DNA from: a virus
Reading direction: 5' to 3' (one strand)
IMG/VR virus record: IMGVR_UViG_3300034683_000117
Span: 1 to 64,000 of that record
Length of the DNA: 64,000 nucleotides
Part shown: positions 48,310 to 59,086 of the stretch, piece by piece
How the letters are laid out: every line of letters begins with the position of its first letter
Numbering within the stretch: position 1 is the first letter of the stretch
The notes under the pieces: model-generated
What the model saw: the letters and a program-made list of their open reading frames with translations, nothing else
Database searches by the model: none
What the model was told of the DNA's origin: nothing
Made by a program: the position numbers and the translations under genes

Positions 48310-49714
48310 GGGGGTATATAAATTTTTAGATACAAATAATAATTTTTATGATACAAAGGAACTCACTCAAAATGATTAAAGCATATAAAGTAATGCTATT
48401 ACCGAATAATAAACAACAAACCAAGTTATTTGAATGTGCTAGTGTTGCTAGATGGGCGTATAATTGGGCACTAGAACAAGAACAAATTAATTACAAAAAT
48501 GGTGGTAAATTTTTGTATGATAGTGTTTTAAGGAAAAGATTAACTGAGCTTAAGCAAACAGAAGAATATAAATGGTTAAATAATTATTCAAATAATATCA
48601 CAAAACAAGCAATAAAAGATGCTTGTAGCGCTTATAAGAATTTTTTTGATGGTCGTGCTGAATTTCCTAAGTTTAAGTCTAAGAAGAGAAATACGCCAAG
48701 TTTTTATCAAGATACAGCTAAAATAATTATTACAGATACCCACGTCAAATTAGAAAAGTTAACAACTTCGCAGAAAACTAACAAGTTAACATTTAATTGG
48801 GTTAGATTAGCTGAACCAGGGAGAATCCCATGCGGCGAAAATATTAAATATTTTAATCCGCGTATAACTTTTGATGGTTTGCACTGGTGGTTATCGGTAG
48901 GCGTAGAAGAAGATATACAATATAATGATACCACTTATTCTGAAGGCATCGGTATAGATTTGGGTGTTAAAGATTTGGCTATAATCAGTACAGGGCGGGG
49001 GTTTAAGAATATCAATAAATCTGATAAGGTTAAAAAACTCGAAAAGAAACTTAAGCGGCTGCAAAGAAAGTTGTCCCAAAAATATGAACTTAATAAAATT
49101 CAAACAGACGCAGGTAAATACCATTACAGAAAAACTAACAATATAAAGAAGTTAGAATTCCTCGTCCGTAAAACCTATAGAAGGCTTAAAAATATAAGAT
49201 GCGATTATATTCATCAAACAACTACGTCTTTGGTGAGAACCAAGCCAGAGTATGTAGTAATGGAAAATCTGAATGTTTCTGGTATGCTGCAAAATAGAAA
49301 ATTATCAAAAGCTATACAAGAACAGAGTTTCCATGAGTTCAAAAGACAGATGGAATATAAATGCGCGTGGCATGGAATTCCGTTTATACTAGCAGATAGA
49401 TATTATCCATCAAGCAAAACTTGCAGCAGATGCGGTAATGTAAGGGATAAATTATCATTGTCAGAAAGAACATTTATATGCCCCGAATGCGGGTATAAGA
49501 TTGACAGGGATTTAAATGCTAGTATAAATCTTAAAAACTATGGTGAATCAATAGTATAGCACAAAACGCTGCTATTAATATGTACCCATATGTTAGTGGG
49601 GAATTTAAGCCTTTGGAGTGTCAAACAAACACAAGTAGGTTTATCCAAAAGTGGACATGATGAACAAGGAAGGAAACTTAAACTTTATAAAGTTTTGTAA
49701 GTTTTCTGTAACAG
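48310..49714 (+). mobile_element. Non-autonomous IS607-type element carrying TnpB
   Basis: TnpA tail remnant (KELTQND*) overlapping the tnpB ATG; downstream right end/omegaRNA-like region ending AAGTTTTCTGTAACAG. Confidence 0.65.
48372..49559 (+). CDS. tnpB: RNA-guided endonuclease TnpB
   Basis: N-terminal HTH, FPKFKSK, GIDLG, VMENL, PSSKTCSRCG, CPECG, DRDLNAS; RuvC D-E-D intact. Confidence 0.95.
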   Translation: MIKAYKVMLLPNNKQQTKLFECASVARWAYNWALEQEQINYKNGGKFLYDSVLRKRLTELKQTEEYKWLNNYSNNITKQAIKDACSAYKNFFDGRAEFPKFKSKKRNTPSFYQDTAKIIITDTHVKLEKLTTSQKTNKLTFNWVRLAEPGRIPCGENIKYFNPRITFDGLHWWLSVGVEEDIQYNDTTYSEGIGIDLGVKDLAIISTGRGFKNINKSDKVKKLEKKLKRLQRKLSQKYELNKIQTDAGKYHYRKTNNIKKLEFLVRKTYRRLKNIRCDYIHQTTTSLVRTKPEYVVMENLNVSGMLQNRKLSKAIQEQSFHEFKRQMEYKCAWHGIPFILADRYYPSSKTCSRCGNVRDKLSLSERTFICPECGYKIDRDLNASINLKNYGESIV

Positions 49715-49839
49715 TATAACTATTTTTTAAAATTTTTGCCCCTCATGATCGACAAATATTGTCCGCTTTGCCGTCGGCGGCTATACAAATAGACGGCTCT
49801 AAAAAATGTTGGGGCCGAACTCTGTCGGGAGGTCAACCT

Positions 49840-50184
49840 ATGGATGAACAGACCGCAAATCAAATTATACAAGAATTAGGGCAATTGTACGGGAAATACT
49901 GCGACGCTTTCAACGGTTATGAAATTTATGGTCAATATTTTTTGAAATGTATTAATATGGCACAGAAGGCCTGTTGGGAAGAAATAACTTATCAAAATAA
50001 ATATAAACCTTGGGAGACAAATATGCTAACAGAATTATGTAAAACATGCCAGTATTGCAAACAAGGGCATTGTATTATGGGACAAGAAAAATATCGTCAT
50101 ATAACAAAAGCTAGCGTGTGTAAATATTATACTAAAAATTTAATTAACTCAAAAGGTGACACATCGCCTAATTCTGACCAATAA
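49840..50184 (+). CDS. Hypothetical protein
   Basis: Start MDEQTA after GGAGG; Cys-rich C-terminus. Confidence 0.55.
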   Translation: MDEQTANQIIQELGQLYGKYCDAFNGYEIYGQYFLKCINMAQKACWEEITYQNKYKPWETNMLTELCKTCQYCKQGHCIMGQEKYRHITKASVCKYYTKNLINSKGDTSPNSDQ

Positions 50185-50433
50185 TATAACTTGGTGTACA
50201 AGACTTTGGCTTGCTATCGCTAAAAACCAGCATTTTTGGGGCATCAGACGTTCTAGAATGCCCTACAAGCGTTCAAAATTTTCAGACGTGTAATCATACC
50301 AGCCTAAAAAAATGAACGCTCTACGCCAAAATCGGCATTTTTGGCGAATCCGAGTTTTGTGCGTCGTGCTGCGGTTTATCGGCATTTGCCAAAGTGTACA
50401 AATTTGCAAAAATAGAAAGAGGTATACCCTGCC

Positions 50434-50712
50434 TTGAATAAGCTACAAAATTTATGTGATAAGAATAATATAACACTTCAAGATATATCAGACAATCTTG
50501 GGGTTTCATTAGATACGGCTAAAGCATGGTCGTCTGGCAGGCGCTTGCCAAAGCCTATAGAACGTCGGCAAATAGAAATGTTGTTGGGTCAAGATGCGTT
50601 TCCTGATATATCTAAATATGCCGATCAATGTATCGGTTGTCAGAAAACATGTAAACAACAATATTGGTCAACGATTGTATATTGTCCCAAATACCAGAAA
50701 GATTCAAAATAA
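50434..50712 (+). CDS. XRE/Cro-type HTH protein with Cys-rich tail
   Basis: ITLQDISDNLGVSLDTAKAWSSGRRLP; C..C...CKQ....CP.Y. Confidence 0.75.
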   Translation: MNKLQNLCDKNNITLQDISDNLGVSLDTAKAWSSGRRLPKPIERRQIEMLLGQDAFPDISKYADQCIGCQKTCKQQYWSTIVYCPKYQKDSK

Positions 50713-50732
50713 TGTAAGAAATGAGGTTGAAT

Positions 50733-51593
50733 ATGGCTTCATGCAATTATTCTGGGTTATTAGATATTACTATGACGGACAGCCAACTTGCTGATTTTTA
50801 CCAGGGTGTGTTTGAAGAACCAATATTGACTAATCAATATTTAATTATCCGCAATACTGCGGGTGAAGTTATAGATAAATATATTTATGACGGTCGTGGA
50901 TTTGCACGTATTAAATTTAAGGCTATTGATAATGGCTTTACTAATAAAATTAAACCCCTTAATGTGCGTCAAGAATTATTATTTCACTTATTACAATCGG
51001 GAACAAAAATTCCTGTTAAACTTATAGATGGTTGTTTTGGTGTCGGCAAAAGCTTTGTTGCGTTAAATTGGGCGTTAGAAGCTGTTAATAAACATGATTA
51101 TGATAAAGTTGTGTATATCCGCAACAATATAGAGGTTAAAGATACTGTGTCAATAGGAGCGTTGCCAAATGGCCTAAACGATAAATTATTACCGTTTGCC
51201 ATGCCGATTGCCGATATTGTCGGTGGCTTGGTTGGTTTGGAATATTTACTCAAAGAAAATAAAATTGAGATGGCGCATCTTGGGTTTTTACGTGGACGTA
51301 ATTTTGATAATTCGGTTATTTTTGTTACCGAAGCAGAAAATTTGACAGAGGAACATGTTAAGCTTATCTTATCGCGTTGCGGTAAAAACAGTGTAATTAT
51401 ATTCGATGGTGATGTTGAGCAGGTAGACAAGAGTGTGTTTGCTGACAAGTCAGGTATGCAGTTGCTAATTAATGCTCTTAAAGGTAATCCGTTGTTTGGT
51501 ATGGTAGAGTTGATAGATGTAGAGCGCAGTGATGTGGCAAAACTTAGCGGCGTGTTGTCGGATTATCAAAAATTGTCGTGTGCTAGGAAGTGA
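50733..51593 (+). CDS. phoH: PhoH family ATPase
   Basis: G.FGVGKS, G.LP....K..P, FLRGRNF, EAENLT, R.G..S.....GD.EQ.D. Confidence 0.9.
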   Translation: MASCNYSGLLDITMTDSQLADFYQGVFEEPILTNQYLIIRNTAGEVIDKYIYDGRGFARIKFKAIDNGFTNKIKPLNVRQELLFHLLQSGTKIPVKLIDGCFGVGKSFVALNWALEAVNKHDYDKVVYIRNNIEVKDTVSIGALPNGLNDKLLPFAMPIADIVGGLVGLEYLLKENKIEMAHLGFLRGRNFDNSVIFVTEAENLTEEHVKLILSRCGKNSVIIFDGDVEQVDKSVFADKSGMQLLINALKGNPLFGMVELIDVERSDVAKLSGVLSDYQKLSCARK

Positions 51594-52734
51594 TTCATTG
51601 CAAAATAAAGAACAAATTATCCATCTATATCAAAACGGTAACAGTTATAGGGAAATAGCTAATGCACTTAACCAACAGTGTGATACGAATTATTGGGATA
51701 GTGAGCGTGTGCGCAATGTTATCAGGCGCTGGCGCAAAAAAAATGAATGTAGTAAAAACACACAAGAAAAACCAATATCCCCACAACCTAATATAACCGA
51801 ATGGGAACAATTACAAATTGAACGACAGAAATTGCGCGATGAAAAAACACAACTTAATGCTGTATTGCGGAATTATTCACGTATTGAATTAATGGGTGAA
51901 TACATTATAGATGCAGTACGCTATTTGCCGCCATTGGATGTATGTATACATCCAGATAAACATAAAAATACTGAGCAACAATTAATTGCGTTATTTTCTG
52001 ACAGCCAGGTTGGTGAAAGCGTTATTCCTGACGAAATAGATGATAGAAACGCATATGATATTGATATATTTAAAGAACGTACAAAACAATATTTTGATCA
52101 GGTTGCCTCGATAGCGCAACATGATGGAATTTATACTATTCATATATTTCTACTGGGGGATATATTAGACGGCATAAATATTTATAAAAATCAAAAAGCT
52201 TATTTGAGCGAAGAAGTAATAGATCAATTAATAATTGCTGCCGAATATTTAAGTCAAATATTTGCGTCTATGTCTAAATATTTTGATATAAAACTGTATG
52301 GTGTTATTGGTAACCATGGGCGTGTGTCTGTGACAGAATCGTTGTCAAGCACCAATTATGAATATTTATTATATCGCTATATGGCCGAGCGTTTAAAAGG
52401 TATACCGTTTGAATATGGCAAAAGCTTCATTTTACAGACATCAATATTAGGTCATAATTACACATTAGTACATGGAGATCATATCAATAACAAAGAAAAT
52501 TCGTTGACACGTTTATACAGTTTATACCCGAATACTGACGTTTTTGTGTTAGGTCATTGGCATGTACCCGAACAAAAGGTAGTTAATAATTTTAAATATG
52601 TGGCTAATGGATGTTTGGTTGGTGGCAATATATACAGTATGAAGCATTTCCAAAGTATAGTTAGGCCAAGCCAGACATGTTTTGTAGTTACGGAAGATCG
52701 TCCTAAATGGGCTACGTACGAAATTGAGTTATAA
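51529..52734 (+). CDS. Calcineurin-like metallophosphoesterase with N-terminal HTH
   Basis: SD.Q.G, LGDI.DG, GNHGR, HGD, GHWH. Confidence 0.85.
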   Translation: MMWQNLAACCRIIKNCRVLGSDSLQNKEQIIHLYQNGNSYREIANALNQQCDTNYWDSERVRNVIRRWRKKNECSKNTQEKPISPQPNITEWEQLQIERQKLRDEKTQLNAVLRNYSRIELMGEYIIDAVRYLPPLDVCIHPDKHKNTEQQLIALFSDSQVGESVIPDEIDDRNAYDIDIFKERTKQYFDQVASIAQHDGIYTIHIFLLGDILDGINIYKNQKAYLSEEVIDQLIIAAEYLSQIFASMSKYFDIKLYGVIGNHGRVSVTESLSSTNYEYLLYRYMAERLKGIPFEYGKSFILQTSILGHNYTLVHGDHINNKENSLTRLYSLYPNTDVFVLGHWHVPEQKVVNNFKYVANGCLVGGNIYSMKHFQSIVRPSQTCFVVTEDRPKWATYEIEL

Positions 52735-52966
52735 GGAGATATGTTATATGGAATATAGAATTACTGTTCCCGTTGAAGATATTCGGGAAGAGATATATGA
52801 ATTAGCCAAAGAACACATTGATTTAATCATAGCATCAGGATATGACCCTAAAATGTTGTGTGATTGCTTGATTGATATGTTTAATATTGGTTACCGCGTC
52901 GGTGTAGAAGATCATAAATTAGCTATGTTGTATTTGGTGGAAAATGCCAACATATTAGACGATTAA
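52724..52966 (+). CDS. Hypothetical protein
   Basis: AGGAG RBS before MEYRIT. Confidence 0.55.
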   Translation: MSYKEICYMEYRITVPVEDIREEIYELAKEHIDLIIASGYDPKMLCDCLIDMFNIGYRVGVEDHKLAMLYLVENANILDD

Positions 52967-52971
52967 TAGCT

Positions 52972-53832
52972 ATGGCTACGGATTTAAGTAAGCGTTTATG
53001 TCAAAGATGCCACCAAAAACGTAACATAGCACGTGACTTCTATATGCATCGTAAATTTGTTGCTGGACGCGGACTTGATTTATGGTGTAAAGAATGTGTT
53101 AGTGAGTATGTGTATAACGAAGAAAGCTTACGCATTTATTTAGCCGCCAATTATCGCGTGTTTCAACCGCAGTTATGGCAAACTGCGGTTAATACTGCTG
53201 TCGAACAACTGCAAAACGATAAAGAGTATCAGTTGTCTCAACCAACGCAAAGACAGAATATGTTGGATGCGGCTGCTGTGAAAATTTATTTACGGCGTAT
53301 GAATCAAAAGCAGTATTATAAAGTTGCGGACGATGCACCAACTGATTGGGCTGATATTGAAGGTGATTCAAACGGTACGCCTGTAGAGTCGATGAAAAAA
53401 ACATATAATCGCAAGTGGCATGGTTATTATACAGACGCTGAAATTGAGTATTTGGATGAATATCTTGAAGGATTGCAGCGCGATTACGAAATAATCACTA
53501 CTAACCATTTAGATTATGCTAAAAAGGTTGCTAAGGCAAGTTTAATGGTGGATAAATGTTATGCCGCTATAGCTGATGGTGGTGACAATGCAATGAAAAA
53601 ATATAAAGATGCAAAAGAAATATTTGACTCGTTATCACAGTCGGCTAAATTTGCAGAAAAGACAAGGTCGCCTAATGAGGTCGCGGGGTTGGGTAGTTTT
53701 GGTGAATTAGTAAAACGTATGGAAAATCAAGGATTTTTACAGACAAAGGTTGAATTTGAGCCTGATGATGTAGATAAAATTTTAGAAGAGTTTAGTCATA
53801 CGATTAAATCTCTGAATGGTGTGGTAGAGTAA
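52972..53832 (+). CDS. Putative terminase small subunit
   Basis: CxxC...CKEC; directly upstream of terL as in SPbeta-like phages. Confidence 0.55.
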   Translation: MATDLSKRLCQRCHQKRNIARDFYMHRKFVAGRGLDLWCKECVSEYVYNEESLRIYLAANYRVFQPQLWQTAVNTAVEQLQNDKEYQLSQPTQRQNMLDAAAVKIYLRRMNQKQYYKVADDAPTDWADIEGDSNGTPVESMKKTYNRKWHGYYTDAEIEYLDEYLEGLQRDYEIITTNHLDYAKKVAKASLMVDKCYAAIADGGDNAMKKYKDAKEIFDSLSQSAKFAEKTRSPNEVAGLGSFGELVKRMENQGFLQTKVEFEPDDVDKILEEFSHTIKSLNGVVE

Positions 53833-55598
53833 TGTGTGCTTTTGCTAATTTTTCGTTGAATAAGGCCGCGGCACAAAATGGTGCTTATCGGAATTTAGAC
53901 AGCCCATTAGCTCATGACCCTATCAAAAAAATTGAAATTAAAAATGCTGGAGAATGGGAAAAACAAATACAGTTTTACCGAACACATTTAGACGTGTTTA
54001 TCGAAGAAGTATTTGGTGTTAAGTTATTTGATTTTCAGAAAGTTATCGCACGTGCTATTAGTAAGACGAACAACAGCGTGATAATTGAGTGTAGGTCATT
54101 AGGTAAAACATGGGAGCTGGCACTTATTTTATTGGCATTAGGTACGTTATATAGCGATTGTCCGATTGGTGTTGTGTCAGGCAATCGTAAACAGGCTAAT
54201 AATGTAGTTAAAAAAATTGAGCATGATTTTGCTAAAAATCCTAATATAGCACGCGAAATAGTATTTCCAATAAAACTATCAACTGATGAAGGTATCGTTA
54301 ATTTACGTTCAGGGAGCTATATTGAAACATTTGTACTTGGTCATAGTGGTGATAGTGGACGTGGCGGTCGTTATAAAGTCGTATTAATCGATGAGGCCAG
54401 ACTTGTGAAAGAACTCGCTATCAATGAGGTTATTTTGCCCACGCTACAGTATAGCCGTCCTGTTTATTATAAATATAAAGATAGTGGTTATGTAGATTTT
54501 GACAGCAAAATTATACAAACGTCAAGCGCTTATTTAAAAGCTTGTGATTTATATAACAGATTTGAAATTCATATTAATGAAATGCGAAATGATAATGACC
54601 ACTATTTTGCCTGTGCGTTAAATTATGATCCTGGTATTCGTAACGGCATTATTAAAGAGAGCTATATTGAAGATCAGAAGCGTAATATTCCATCATCTGT
54701 ATTCAATTATGAGTGGAATTCTGTATTTGTTGGTAGCCAGGAGAATTCATATTTCCCATATGATTTAACAGAACCTTGCCGTAAGCTACAGCGCGTTGAA
54801 GTAGTTCAACCGCGTGATAGTAAATCAATATATGTAATGGGTGTTGACCCTGCTGTTTCAGGTAATCCAAACACAGATAATGCAATTATTACAGTGTTAA
54901 AACTCAAAGAAAAACCTGATGGTACGTATATTAAAGATTTGGTGTATATGCGTTCGTTACATGGTTATCAACTCGACCAGTTGGCTGATGAAATTAGAAA
55001 AACATATACGCGGTTTCCTAATACTCAAAAAATTGTTGTAGATGTTATGAATGTCGGGCAAGGGTTAATTCCGTTATTAGATATGGTGTGGGTCGATCCT
55101 GTAACAAATAAAGAATATCCACCATTTGTACCAGATGATGACCCAAAACGCATGATGATGCCAGATGCTGTACCATTGGTTAGAGCTGTGTTGCCAAGTG
55201 TGGAATCTAATAATAGGATGGCTACTTATACGCGCTTATGCCTTGAAAGAGAAACGTTAAATCTTCCTGTTTCGTCAAGTAGAATTGATTTTATACGTAG
55301 TAATAATGACGATGATGATAATGATACGCATTTAACAAAGAGCAAGGCGCAAATGCTTGTTGAGGAAAAAGCTATATTTATAGAGGCCGATGCTTTACAG
55401 CATGAAATGGCTAATATTATTCCGGCTCTCACATCAAATGGACGTATTATTTATGATCGTGCCACAAAGTCAATACATCGTGACAGATACACATGTATGG
55501 CAATGACATTAGATTATGTTCGTGAGTTAGAAGAAATTAACAAAGACGAAATTAGATCAGACGGCGAAACAGTGGTAGGTATAGCTTTGCATTTTTGA
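53832..55598 (+). CDS. Terminase large subunit
   Basis: RSLGKT Walker A, VLIDEA Walker B, MGVDPA nuclease motif, HRDRY. Confidence 0.92.
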   Translation: MCAFANFSLNKAAAQNGAYRNLDSPLAHDPIKKIEIKNAGEWEKQIQFYRTHLDVFIEEVFGVKLFDFQKVIARAISKTNNSVIIECRSLGKTWELALILLALGTLYSDCPIGVVSGNRKQANNVVKKIEHDFAKNPNIAREIVFPIKLSTDEGIVNLRSGSYIETFVLGHSGDSGRGGRYKVVLIDEARLVKELAINEVILPTLQYSRPVYYKYKDSGYVDFDSKIIQTSSAYLKACDLYNRFEIHINEMRNDNDHYFACALNYDPGIRNGIIKESYIEDQKRNIPSSVFNYEWNSVFVGSQENSYFPYDLTEPCRKLQRVEVVQPRDSKSIYVMGVDPAVSGNPNTDNAIITVLKLKEKPDGTYIKDLVYMRSLHGYQLDQLADEIRKTYTRFPNTQKIVVDVMNVGQGLIPLLDMVWVDPVTNKEYPPFVPDDDPKRMMMPDAVPLVRAVLPSVESNNRMATYTRLCLERETLNLPVSSSRIDFIRSNNDDDDNDTHLTKSKAQMLVEEKAIFIEADALQHEMANIIPALTSNGRIIYDRATKSIHRDRYTCMAMTLDYVRELEEINKDEIRSDGETVVGIALHF

Positions 55599-55615
55599 TA
55601 GAAAGGGGTGATTAA

Positions 55616-57118
55616 GTGGCACGACGTAATAGACAACAGCAAGAGCAGGTACAAAAGGATGATAATATGGTCCTTGGTGTTCGGACCAGCACTACTCCTA
55701 CAGATGTTGTTATTAATGTATATGAGCCTAATCGTAACTATAGCTCAAGCGGAAGCTTGAAAAATTATGATATAGATCAAATATTACAACGCAAACAGGA
55801 TAACATATACAAAATATATGAATTAATGTCATTTTATGTAGATGCTGATAGTATATTTTCAGGAGCTATTAAACGTATATTAGTGCCGTTTAGTTCAAGT
55901 AAATGGTATTTACAAGGTAAAAATGAGGCAGCTAAACGCAAATATGAACAATGGTTCAACGATATTAAGCTTAATGATTTAATAAAAGGACTATTTTATG
56001 ACCTGTATTTATACGGGCAAGTGTTCCTTTATGACCGAGGAAGTTGGATTGACATATTACCTCCGCACAAAATTCAAATTATGGACATGGGGGTTAATGG
56101 CGAACCTGTGCTTGCGTTTAAGATAGAAGAATTTGCTACACGTGGATATGCTGCGATTGATGAAAAATTTATTAACACATTGTTAAAAAAATATGAAGGC
56201 TATCCTGAAGAAATACAAGAGGGTATTAAGAAGCGTCAACAGTGGGTGCAGTTAAATCCAGCAAACACATATGCAATACAGGGACAAAAGTCGCTGTGGG
56301 AAAAATACGCAATGCCATTCGGGGTTTCTGCATTAAAAGCTTTTGCTAAAAAACAACTGATTAGCGAATATGAAAACGCTTTGTTGAACTTAATGGTCAA
56401 AAGCTTTTTACATGTCAAAGTTGGTGATAGTAACCATTACCCTAAACCAAGCGTTGCTGAGTTATCAAATATCGGTAATATATTTAAAGACGCCATTAAC
56501 GGTTTCCCATTAGCTGTTACCACATGGAATATTGATGCGGAATGGGTTAGATTAAACGACAGTAATTTTGATATATCGAAAAATAAATATGTTGAAGTTA
56601 ATACAGAGATATTAGAGAGTTGTGGTATATCAAGTCTGATTGTCAGCGGTCAAGGCGACAGCAGCTCAAGTTATGCGCAGGCACAGGTTAATGTTAATGT
56701 GTTGGTTGAGCGTATAGAACAAGCCCAACGTGATGTTATAGATTTTATAAATACTATTATGCGGAAACGGGCTGCTGAATGGCGTGTATCAGATACACGT
56801 ATTCCTGAATTTCATTTTGAGGAAACGTCGTTGCGTGACGATACTGCGTTCCGCAAAGAAGTATTGTCATTATTCCAGAACGGATTACTTGGCTATCGCT
56901 CTACGCTTGAGCGCCTTGGGTACGATTATGAACAAGAAAAATCGCGTAAACAAGATGAAAATGAAAGTGCTGACCGTAATGTTTTTGTAGTGCCTCCTAG
57001 TTTTTATATACAGACACCAGATTCGGATGCTGGCCGCCCTACTACGCCTGATAATGAGCGTGTCTCTGATCCTAATGATTCAAAGAGCGGGGCTGCACCA
57101 AAGCCGTCTGGGTCATAA
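55616..57118 (+). CDS. Portal protein
   Basis: 500 aa directly after terL; G.V..Y motif; C-terminal AGRP. Confidence 0.75.
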   Translation: MARRNRQQQEQVQKDDNMVLGVRTSTTPTDVVINVYEPNRNYSSSGSLKNYDIDQILQRKQDNIYKIYELMSFYVDADSIFSGAIKRILVPFSSSKWYLQGKNEAAKRKYEQWFNDIKLNDLIKGLFYDLYLYGQVFLYDRGSWIDILPPHKIQIMDMGVNGEPVLAFKIEEFATRGYAAIDEKFINTLLKKYEGYPEEIQEGIKKRQQWVQLNPANTYAIQGQKSLWEKYAMPFGVSALKAFAKKQLISEYENALLNLMVKSFLHVKVGDSNHYPKPSVAELSNIGNIFKDAINGFPLAVTTWNIDAEWVRLNDSNFDISKNKYVEVNTEILESCGISSLIVSGQGDSSSSYAQAQVNVNVLVERIEQAQRDVIDFINTIMRKRAAEWRVSDTRIPEFHFEETSLRDDTAFRKEVLSLFQNGLLGYRSTLERLGYDYEQEKSRKQDENESADRNVFVVPPSFYIQTPDSDAGRPTTPDNERVSDPNDSKSGAAPKPSGS

Positions 57119-57136
57119 TATTATTCGTGAAAGGAG

Positions 57137-58642
57137 GTGAAATTGTTGATAGACAAACTAAAATTTGACGCACAGCGTATCTTGTCTTTGTCTGATACTA
57201 ATGATATTTACATGGAAGCAAAAGTGCTTTTTCTTACTGACCAAACAAACTTAAATGGTACAAGATTTACAGGTAGTTTTATTAATAGTGTTGTAGAACA
57301 AGATTATAAGTACCAAGGACTACCTTTGGTTGTGGATATGGAGAAGTTGGAAAGTAAAAAATATAATCAGCTAACGCATAAATTAACACCAGAGGGATTT
57401 GGCACACAAATGATTGGTGATTTTATACAATTCTATCAGGAGAATGTAGATAATGGTGCGTTGGGTTTGTTTGGTATTGTAAGAATTTATAAGCGCTTTC
57501 CTGCTACGTGTGCTGCTATATTAGATTTATATAGTCGCGGCTTACTAAGATTCTCCGTAGAGGTGCTTGTCGGAGAGTATTACATTAATGACGATGGCAC
57601 AAAGGATGTGCCTGCATCCGATGAAAACACATTGATGGGTGTGGCAATTGTATCAAATCCCGCAGAGCCACGTTCGCAGGCTTATTATTTAGTAGCGGAG
57701 GCGCTGTTAGAAGATCAGAAAGAGGTGAAAACAATGGCTGAAATAAATATTGATAATTCTGCTGAAAAGGCGTCTGATGTACAGTGGGGCGATGTTGATT
57801 TAACGGATTTGCGTGATAAGCTGATGGAGGCCGACAATAAAGCCGAGTTAGTGCGTGAGGCTTATTTGGTAGTTGAAGAAGGCTGGGAGACTGCTCCGTC
57901 GCAACACTTGAAATATCCGCATCATGTTATTGAAAACGATACGCTTGTTGTCGCAGTTAACGGGTGTCAAGCAGCATATCAAAGGCTTATGCAAAATGAC
58001 CCTAATAACGATGAAGCATTAAGTCATCTAAAAAGACATTATGATGAACTTGGATTAACAATGGAAAAAGCGGATACCGAAGCAGATGTTGAAGCGTCAG
58101 ATAATAAAGAGATTGAAGTCCAAGCGCAAGACAATAAAGAGATTGAATCTCAAATACAAGATGTAGCACAAGAATTGCAAGCACTACAAGAGGAACTGGC
58201 TAAATGCAAAGCAGAATTGCAGGACAAAATTAATGAGTTGGCTGAAGCCAAAAACCTAATATCCCAAAAAGAAGCGGATATTGTGTCGCTTGGTGAAGCC
58301 ATATCAAACAAAGATGCAGAAATAGCATCATTGAATGAAATTAAAGTCAAATATGACCAGATTGTAGCCGAGCAAGAAGAAAGTGCTAAACAAGCTAAGA
58401 AATCAGCATTGACTGAAAAGTTAGCTAAGTTCTTTAAAGCTGACGAATTGACGCAACCAGAAATTGCTCAAGCGATTGAGTCGCTTGATGAAAATGCTGT
58501 CAATAAGTTGATAGCTGACAAAGTTGTTGCGCAAGCACAAAATGACAATTATAAACGTTTTGTAACACGCATTACTGCTGATATTAAACCTGGTGATTCG
58601 GCAGATGTCGTGTCAAAATATATAACTATTTATAACAAATAA
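57137..58642 (+). CDS. Prohead protease/scaffold protein
   Basis: NLNG..F, FSVE, GVAIV..PA protease motifs; coiled-coil C-terminus. Confidence 0.75.
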   Translation: MKLLIDKLKFDAQRILSLSDTNDIYMEAKVLFLTDQTNLNGTRFTGSFINSVVEQDYKYQGLPLVVDMEKLESKKYNQLTHKLTPEGFGTQMIGDFIQFYQENVDNGALGLFGIVRIYKRFPATCAAILDLYSRGLLRFSVEVLVGEYYINDDGTKDVPASDENTLMGVAIVSNPAEPRSQAYYLVAEALLEDQKEVKTMAEINIDNSAEKASDVQWGDVDLTDLRDKLMEADNKAELVREAYLVVEEGWETAPSQHLKYPHHVIENDTLVVAVNGCQAAYQRLMQNDPNNDEALSHLKRHYDELGLTMEKADTEADVEASDNKEIEVQAQDNKEIESQIQDVAQELQALQEELAKCKAELQDKINELAEAKNLISQKEADIVSLGEAISNKDAEIASLNEIKVKYDQIVAEQEESAKQAKKSALTEKLAKFFKADELTQPEIAQAIESLDENAVNKLIADKVVAQAQNDNYKRFVTRITADIKPGDSADVVSKYITIYNK

Positions 58643-58654
58643 GGAGGAAATAAA

Positions 58655-59086
58655 ATGGCTTTTTTATTGAATATGGGCAACGACCTATATTTAGGAACTT
58701 TAAATGCCGCCGCTGCGGTGAAACCTGGTGTGTTCGTAGTGCCTGACTACAGCGCTGGTACTGTCGCTATAGCTGATGCAACTTCGGGTGATGGTGATGT
58801 ATGGGTTGTAGCTAACGACATAGATACTGTTGCTGAACAAGGTATAAATGACCTTGACTACGAAGTGGCCGCTGGAGAGAAAGTTAAAATACACAAACTA
58901 GTACCTGGCGAAGTGTTTACGGTTGATTTATTCAACGGCACGCCTGCTGTTGGCGATGTAGTCGCCGCAGGTGTAGGTGGCAAACTTGAGGCTGTGGGGA
59001 CAAGGACGCCCGACTCGTCTTTCACCGTTATAGAGAAACCCGTTTTATGGGGCGTACAATGCATTAAATGCGTTGTGAATGACTAA
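58655..59086 (+). CDS. Capsid decoration/cement protein
   Basis: Ala/Gly/Val-rich 143 aa between scaffold and major capsid genes. Confidence 0.6.
   Translation: MAFLLNMGNDLYLGTLNAAAAVKPGVFVVPDYSAGTVAIADATSGDGDVWVVANDIDTVAEQGINDLDYEVAAGEKVKIHKLVPGEVFTVDLFNGTPAVGDVVAAGVGGKLEAVGTRTPDSSFTVIEKPVLWGVQCIKCVVND

Noticed and set aside
48310-49714. IStron (group I intron-IS chimera)
   Set aside because: Only ~60 nt between the left flank and tnpB, too short for a group I intron core, and the insertion is intergenic
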